Source: an uncultured Acidimicrobiia bacterium (GTDB lineage Bacteria; Acidobacteriota; Terriglobia; Versatilivoradales; Versatilivoraceae). From it: a stretch of 64,000 bases of DNA. The notes beneath the pieces are model-generated. The model saw only the letters and a list, made by a program, of their open reading frames with translations. It was not told the origin of the DNA and did not search any database. The DNA lies in the NCBI GenBank assembly GCA_963786955.1, contig CAWBAT010000006.1, positions 768,001-832,000 of the forward strand, written 5' to 3'. The position numbers and the translations under genes are program-made. The first letter of the stretch is position 1. Each line of letters opens with the position of its first letter. Shown here piece after piece: positions 59,556-64,000 of this stretch.

Positions 59556-60191
59556 TCATGGGGTTTGGCTTTTGGATTTTCGGGCCGCCTCCGGACGAAT
59601 CGACATCTCTTCCTCTTCGATCATGTCTTGCCGCTTAAACCAACGGGAAACAAATAGAATTCCGCTCAAAAGGATTGCTCCAATAACAATGGCTATTCCG
59701 CGGGGAAGAAAGGCTCCAATGAGAAGAAACGGGCCCAGAGCGAGACCAGCAAGTCCTGAGATAACCAGCGTATGGCTTATCCAGTCTTCTTCTGGGATCT
59801 TCAAGCGTTCCCCGGCAAATGCACCGGCAATAGAAGCGACAATAGCCACTGCTCCTAAGGTGAGAGCGATTCCATAGCTCCGTTGCGACACGGCAAACGT
59901 GAACAGGAATAGTCCATTCAATATGCCCGTCTGTGAAGTGATTACATCAATTCCCAACGTGACAATCGTTGCCAGAGTTGGCTCAATGATCTCAATCCGC
60001 TCGGCCATCCAACCAATGACAAAGCCTCCTGCCAAAAACGCGATGAGCGTATAGACCACTGTTCCCAACAGGGTGGAGAATTCAGGCGGCGCAGTTGCAG
60101 GGATGAGGTGGTGAATCAGGAAGAGAATCAGCACCTGCATCAAATACATTACTCCGACACCAATCAAAAACCATCTCAGTCTCTCTTTCAT
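59556..60191 (-). CDS. hypothetical membrane protein (about 6 TM)
   Basis: Hydrophobic ORF; RBS GGAGG. Confidence 0.7.
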   Translation of the reverse strand: MKERLRWFLIGVGVMYLMQVLILFLIHHLIPATAPPEFSTLLGTVVYTLIAFLAGGFVIGWMAERIEIIEPTLATIVTLGIDVITSQTGILNGLFLFTFAVSQRSYGIALTLGAVAIVASIAGAFAGERLKIPEEDWISHTLVISGLAGLALGPFLLIGAFLPRGIAIVIGAILLSGILFVSRWFKRQDMIEEEEMSIRPEAARKSKSQTP

Positions 60192-60368
60192 GGCGACCTC
60201 CGAGCGATGTTGAGTTCCGGGTCCCTTTTGATCCTGTCAGGGCCCGGCCGGATAATCCAGTTAAAGAATCGTTGTCTGAATAGCATCCCTCCCTTCATCG
60301 GGTTCAACATCAGCGCGAATGTAACTCCTTCTCAGCCAGCTTGAAATCGGTTGGGTCCGGGTACTTAC

Positions 60369-61667
60369 TTAGCCCAATGACGATAGACCGGAAAAAGCCC
60401 GATCGAGGATTCGAACGGCTTCATCGACATCGTTTCTCGAGCAGGTCAACGGAGGTCCGAGACGAATCACATGGCCCCATAGCCCGCCCTTGCCGATCAA
60501 TAAACCCAATTCACGCGTCTTTTCAAAAATTTGATGTACGGCTTGTGGGTTGGGAGATTGGTCAGGAAAAATCAGCTCCAATGCCTGCATCAGGCCCATT
60601 CCCCGAACGTCTCCAATCACCGCATGTTTTTCCTTAAGCTCCTCGAGCTTGGTCCGAAGGTAGCTACCCGTTTCTCTTGCGTTCTGAATAAGCTGATGCT
60701 TTTCAATATATTCAATGACTGCTAAAGCGGCGGCGGCGGTAACAGGGTTCCCCCCAAAGGTAGAGAAAGAGAGGGAACGATAACTGTCGGCGACCTCAGG
60801 AGTCGCAATGGTTGCTCCAATGGGAACTCCATTGGCCATCCCCTTGGCTAAAGTCATAATGTCAGGCTCCACATCCCAATAGGAAATCCCGAACATGGAC
60901 TCACCCGTTCTTCCCCAGGCAGTCTGAACTTCATCCACAATGAGGAGCCCGCCATATTTCTTGATAATGCTTTGAACTTCTTTGAAATACTCTTTGGGGG
61001 CTGGAATAAATCCGCCGACACCGAGGATGGGTTCTGCCAGGAAAGCCGCTATTCTTCCCGTAGTGGTCGTCTGAATCAGCTCTTCGATATCTTTGGCGCA
61101 ACGCAATTCGCAAGAAGGGTAAGTCAACCCAAAGGGACATCGATAGCAATAAGGAGCGGCCGCATGGACGAAACCGGGCACTGCGGATGGGATGACTCGC
61201 CAAGTCGAATGTCCGCTCATGGCCATTCCTGTTTGAGACCGCCCGCTATAACCATGCCGGAGGACAACGATTTCCTGGGTGCCCGTATATTGCTTGGCCA
61301 GAATGACGGCAGTTTCGTCCGCTTCGGTCCCGCTGTTTGTAAAATAACTCTTCTGCAAGCGTCCTGGAGTAATGGCCGCCAGTTTCTCGGCCAACGCAAT
61401 CACAGGTTGGTTAAGGTAGAGGGTCGATGTGTGCTGGACTCTTTTCATCTGGTCTTCAATGGCGGCATTGACCTCAGGATTACAGTGCCCGACACTGACC
61501 GTCAACACCCCTCCAAAGAAATCCAGATAAGCTTCCCCTTCCGCATCCCAAACCTGCAGCCCCTGGGCCCGGTCAACAACTAAAGGCTCTTCATAATAAG
61601 TATTGGCACACGGAAAAATGTACTCTTCCTTTTTGGATACAATATCTTCTTTGACCTTCAGATCCAT
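60369..61667 (-). CDS. class III PLP aminotransferase (AGXT2/GabT-like)
   Basis: YLDFFGG..TVSVGH, TNSGTEA, AEPILGVGG, DEVQT.WGRTG, MTLAKG, TFGGNP. Confidence 0.92.
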   Translation of the reverse strand: MDLKVKEDIVSKKEEYIFPCANTYYEEPLVVDRAQGLQVWDAEGEAYLDFFGGVLTVSVGHCNPEVNAAIEDQMKRVQHTSTLYLNQPVIALAEKLAAITPGRLQKSYFTNSGTEADETAVILAKQYTGTQEIVVLRHGYSGRSQTGMAMSGHSTWRVIPSAVPGFVHAAAPYCYRCPFGLTYPSCELRCAKDIEELIQTTTTGRIAAFLAEPILGVGGFIPAPKEYFKEVQSIIKKYGGLLIVDEVQTAWGRTGESMFGISYWDVEPDIMTLAKGMANGVPIGATIATPEVADSYRSLSFSTFGGNPVTAAAALAVIEYIEKHQLIQNARETGSYLRTKLEELKEKHAVIGDVRGMGLMQALELIFPDQSPNPQAVHQIFEKTRELGLLIGKGGLWGHVIRLGPPLTCSRNDVDEAVRILDRAFSGLSSLG

Positions 61668-61694
61668 AGCACTCCTTGACCGCAGTTCCTTTCT

Positions 61695-62597
61695 CTAAAT
61701 TTTCCCTTTTTTCGCCACTGCCTCCAGATCAGCCTTCAATTGATCCGCGGCTGCTTGAGTTTCCTTAATGGGTTTGTCTTTCAGGATCTTCTGAGCCAAA
61801 TCTAGACATTCTTGAGCCTTCTGAAAAAAGAGACGATAATACTGGACCTCATTAAGCATCTTCCTGCCAAACAGCTGTTGATCGTCCAGAAAGATCCGTC
61901 CTGCCCTCACAAAAAATTCCGCGGGGTCCAGCGGTTTACTTCCCTCTTCCAGGAGTTTCCTGGCCTGATTCCGATCGCCTTTCGCTCCGAGAAACGTGGA
62001 CAATGAAACCAATACTCCCTCTCGCAGTTCCTGCTCTTCGGCAATCTTCAGTTGTTCACTGTCGAGGAGATTCCCTTTTTTGACTTCCTCAATCAGGCGG
62101 TTCATGGGTGCTTCTTTAGAGGGGAAGTCGCATTCCAGCACATAATCCGCTTTGTCCGAGTAGTTCTGAATCATGTAATCGCAGGATTCGCTAAAGCTGA
62201 GAACTGCGTTTTTCTTTTTCCGATAAAAATCAAAAGCGGTGGATCGAAGCTTACCCGCATTTTTGCCCCCATTTTCGAACCCCGCAACGTAGGCGTCGGC
62301 GAGATCTCCGTATCCGTGCGCCAGTCCCGTCAGCAAGACGACCCGAAGAATTCTCGCTCGCTGGGCTTGGACTGAGTTGGGATATTTGGTCATGACCTCA
62401 TTCGTCAGAGAAATCGCCTTCTCGATTTTGATGGCGCTCATGGCCTCTTTCGCTTCGTTATAGGCGAACTCGGGGGTATTTCTCATGAGCTTGGGCTTGT
62501 TGCGGTCTGCCCCACCACCACAAGAAGCAAGAATCCAGAGGAGTCCAATAAAAAATGTTACGGGGAAGAGCCCGCAGGAAAGAGCGCCTTTCTTCAT
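61695..62597 (-). CDS. hypothetical helical lipoprotein
   Basis: Lipobox LAS-C; TPR-like helical composition. Confidence 0.7.
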   Translation of the reverse strand: MKKGALSCGLFPVTFFIGLLWILASCGGGADRNKPKLMRNTPEFAYNEAKEAMSAIKIEKAISLTNEVMTKYPNSVQAQRARILRVVLLTGLAHGYGDLADAYVAGFENGGKNAGKLRSTAFDFYRKKKNAVLSFSESCDYMIQNYSDKADYVLECDFPSKEAPMNRLIEEVKKGNLLDSEQLKIAEEQELREGVLVSLSTFLGAKGDRNQARKLLEEGSKPLDPAEFFVRAGRIFLDDQQLFGRKMLNEVQYYRLFFQKAQECLDLAQKILKDKPIKETQAAADQLKADLEAVAKKGKI

Positions 62598-62871
62598 GAC
62601 GAAACTCCTTTCAAGAAAATTGGGACGACTGCTTTCGGGTTCGCTGCTACTACTCAGGGTGCCGGAGGAGTGTGATTAGTGACGAATCTCGTGATTCAGC
62701 ATGCAGGAAATGATACCTCACTATTTGTATTTTACTCGATGCACCCCCTTTTGGGAAATAAATATGTCACCAATACTACGACGAAGACCCTCGATGTAAG
62801 ACACTCTAAAATTCGTGAATCGAGAGGGGGTCCGCATCCGGCAAACTGCCGATAAATCAGAAGTTTCAAGT

Positions 62872-63636
62872 TCAGTAGGTTGCCCGACCGCCACTAAGAT
62901 CGACGCAAGCACCCGTCGTAAAGCTGCAGTCATCACTTGCCAGAAAATGAATCATGGCGGCTACTTCTTCCGGTTTACCGACACGTCCCATGGGAATGCG
63001 GCTTGTCATGTAATCGATTTGCTGTTGGGTCAATTGTTTCAAAATGGGTGTTTCGATAACAGCCGGGGTCAGAGAGTTCACATAAATTCCTTGTGTGCAG
63101 ACTTCTTTCGCCAAGGCTTTTGTTAAGCAGATGACTCCTGCCTTAGTGGTTGAATACGGGGTCAAATTTGGATTCCCTTCTTTACCAGCAATGGAAGCAA
63201 CATTGACGATTCTTCCAGAGCGATTCTTGATCATGGTTGGCAGGACGGCTTTGCAGCATAGAAAAACCCCCTTCAAATTGACCTCTGTCACTCGATCCCA
63301 TTCTTCAACACTGACTTCCACCAGTGGCTTATTGGGGCCGGCAATTCCTGCATTATTAACAAGAATATCAATCGTCCCAAATCGCTCTACGGCCTGCCGG
63401 GCCATAGACAGGGTTTCAACTTCCTTACTGATGTCGACGGCAACGACCAGAGTTCTTTGACCTGCCGAATCAAGTCGGCGAGCGGTCTGTGCGGCTTCCT
63501 CCGCATCCATATCGACCAAGACCACGCGAGCTCCTGCCGCCAGAAACCGCTCGGTGATTGCCGCGCCAATTCCACGGGCGGCACCAGTAATCAGGGCTAC
63601 TTTGTCCTTTAATGAAAAAAAATGGATTTCAGACAT
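62872..63636 (-). CDS. SDR family NAD(P)-dependent oxidoreductase
   Basis: TGAARGIG, NNAG, ASIAGKEGNP, YSTTK. Confidence 0.93.
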   Translation of the reverse strand: MSEIHFFSLKDKVALITGAARGIGAAITERFLAAGARVVLVDMDAEEAAQTARRLDSAGQRTLVVAVDISKEVETLSMARQAVERFGTIDILVNNAGIAGPNKPLVEVSVEEWDRVTEVNLKGVFLCCKAVLPTMIKNRSGRIVNVASIAGKEGNPNLTPYSTTKAGVICLTKALAKEVCTQGIYVNSLTPAVIETPILKQLTQQQIDYMTSRIPMGRVGKPEEVAAMIHFLASDDCSFTTGACVDLSGGRATY

Positions 63637-63889
63637 CGCTCAAGTCCTCCTCCGGGATGAAACACACCCTGCAATCAGCTCAGCAGACAAAATCTGATTC
63701 TGCCAACTGAGCGCCATTGTATGGGAATCCCAGTATCTGTCAAGGTGTCGTCGGTACCGCTGATCTGGAGGGCGGAGCTCCGCGACGCCGTTCGGAACTA
63801 GCGATGTCATGCATTATCCTCCCGCAATGTGGGTTCATTCAGCGTTGCATTGATACAAACAGGTCGCCGCTCCGCGGCTGAGCCCGGGT

Positions 63890-63975
63890 GTAGCGCGGAC
63901 CCGATTTCTGGGTCCGCGGCCTTTCTCCTCACTGGTTCGAAAAAGCCGCAGAGTCAAATTGCGATTATGTACTAC
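63890..63975 (+). repeat. 86 bp GTAG...CTAC REP element, copy B
   Basis: Matches the reverse complement of 3328-3413. Confidence 0.8.
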
Positions 63976-64000
63976 CTGCTTCTCATAGCTATTCACTCTC

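Noticed and set aside
1-64000. CRISPR arrays, tRNA/rRNA genes, prophage, defence systems, transposases
   Set aside because: No spaced repeat arrays, recognisable RNA genes or such protein motifs seen by eye; tRNAscan and Infernal were not run

Overview
A 64 kb bacterial chromosome segment, most likely Acidobacteriota (inferred from a tandem pair of acidobacterial-type VWA proteins, bshC, and a GSDH carrying acidobacterial-like C-terminal repeats). Housekeeping content includes kdsB-pyrG-kdsA-bshC, hemW, polX, mscL, an acyl-CoA ligase, UPF0182, kdgK-eda, psd-pssA, LytS/LytTR and two aminotransferases. The standout is an 18.5 kb mirror-image island (23399-41864). Two paralogous HAMP kinase + sigma54-activator pairs point inward, and each is followed by tandem activator-like sites and a GG-N10-GC sigma54 promoter. 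The left arm drives one small Asr-like secreted Lys/Ser/Thr-rich protein. The right arm drives tatA, a TolC/MFP/DUF190/CzcA-type RND pump, a membrane PP2C phosphatase, a DedA-aminoacyl-PG-synthase (MprF-like) fusion and two AcvB/VirJ hydrolases, together a candidate acid or cationic envelope-stress system. Intergenic regions hold several REP/MITE families. Clusters of single-base indels (hemW, DedA-MprF, PP2C, GSDH) look like consensus errors. No rRNA, tRNA, CRISPR array, transposase or prophage was seen. All family calls come from motif recognition by eye; no searches were run.
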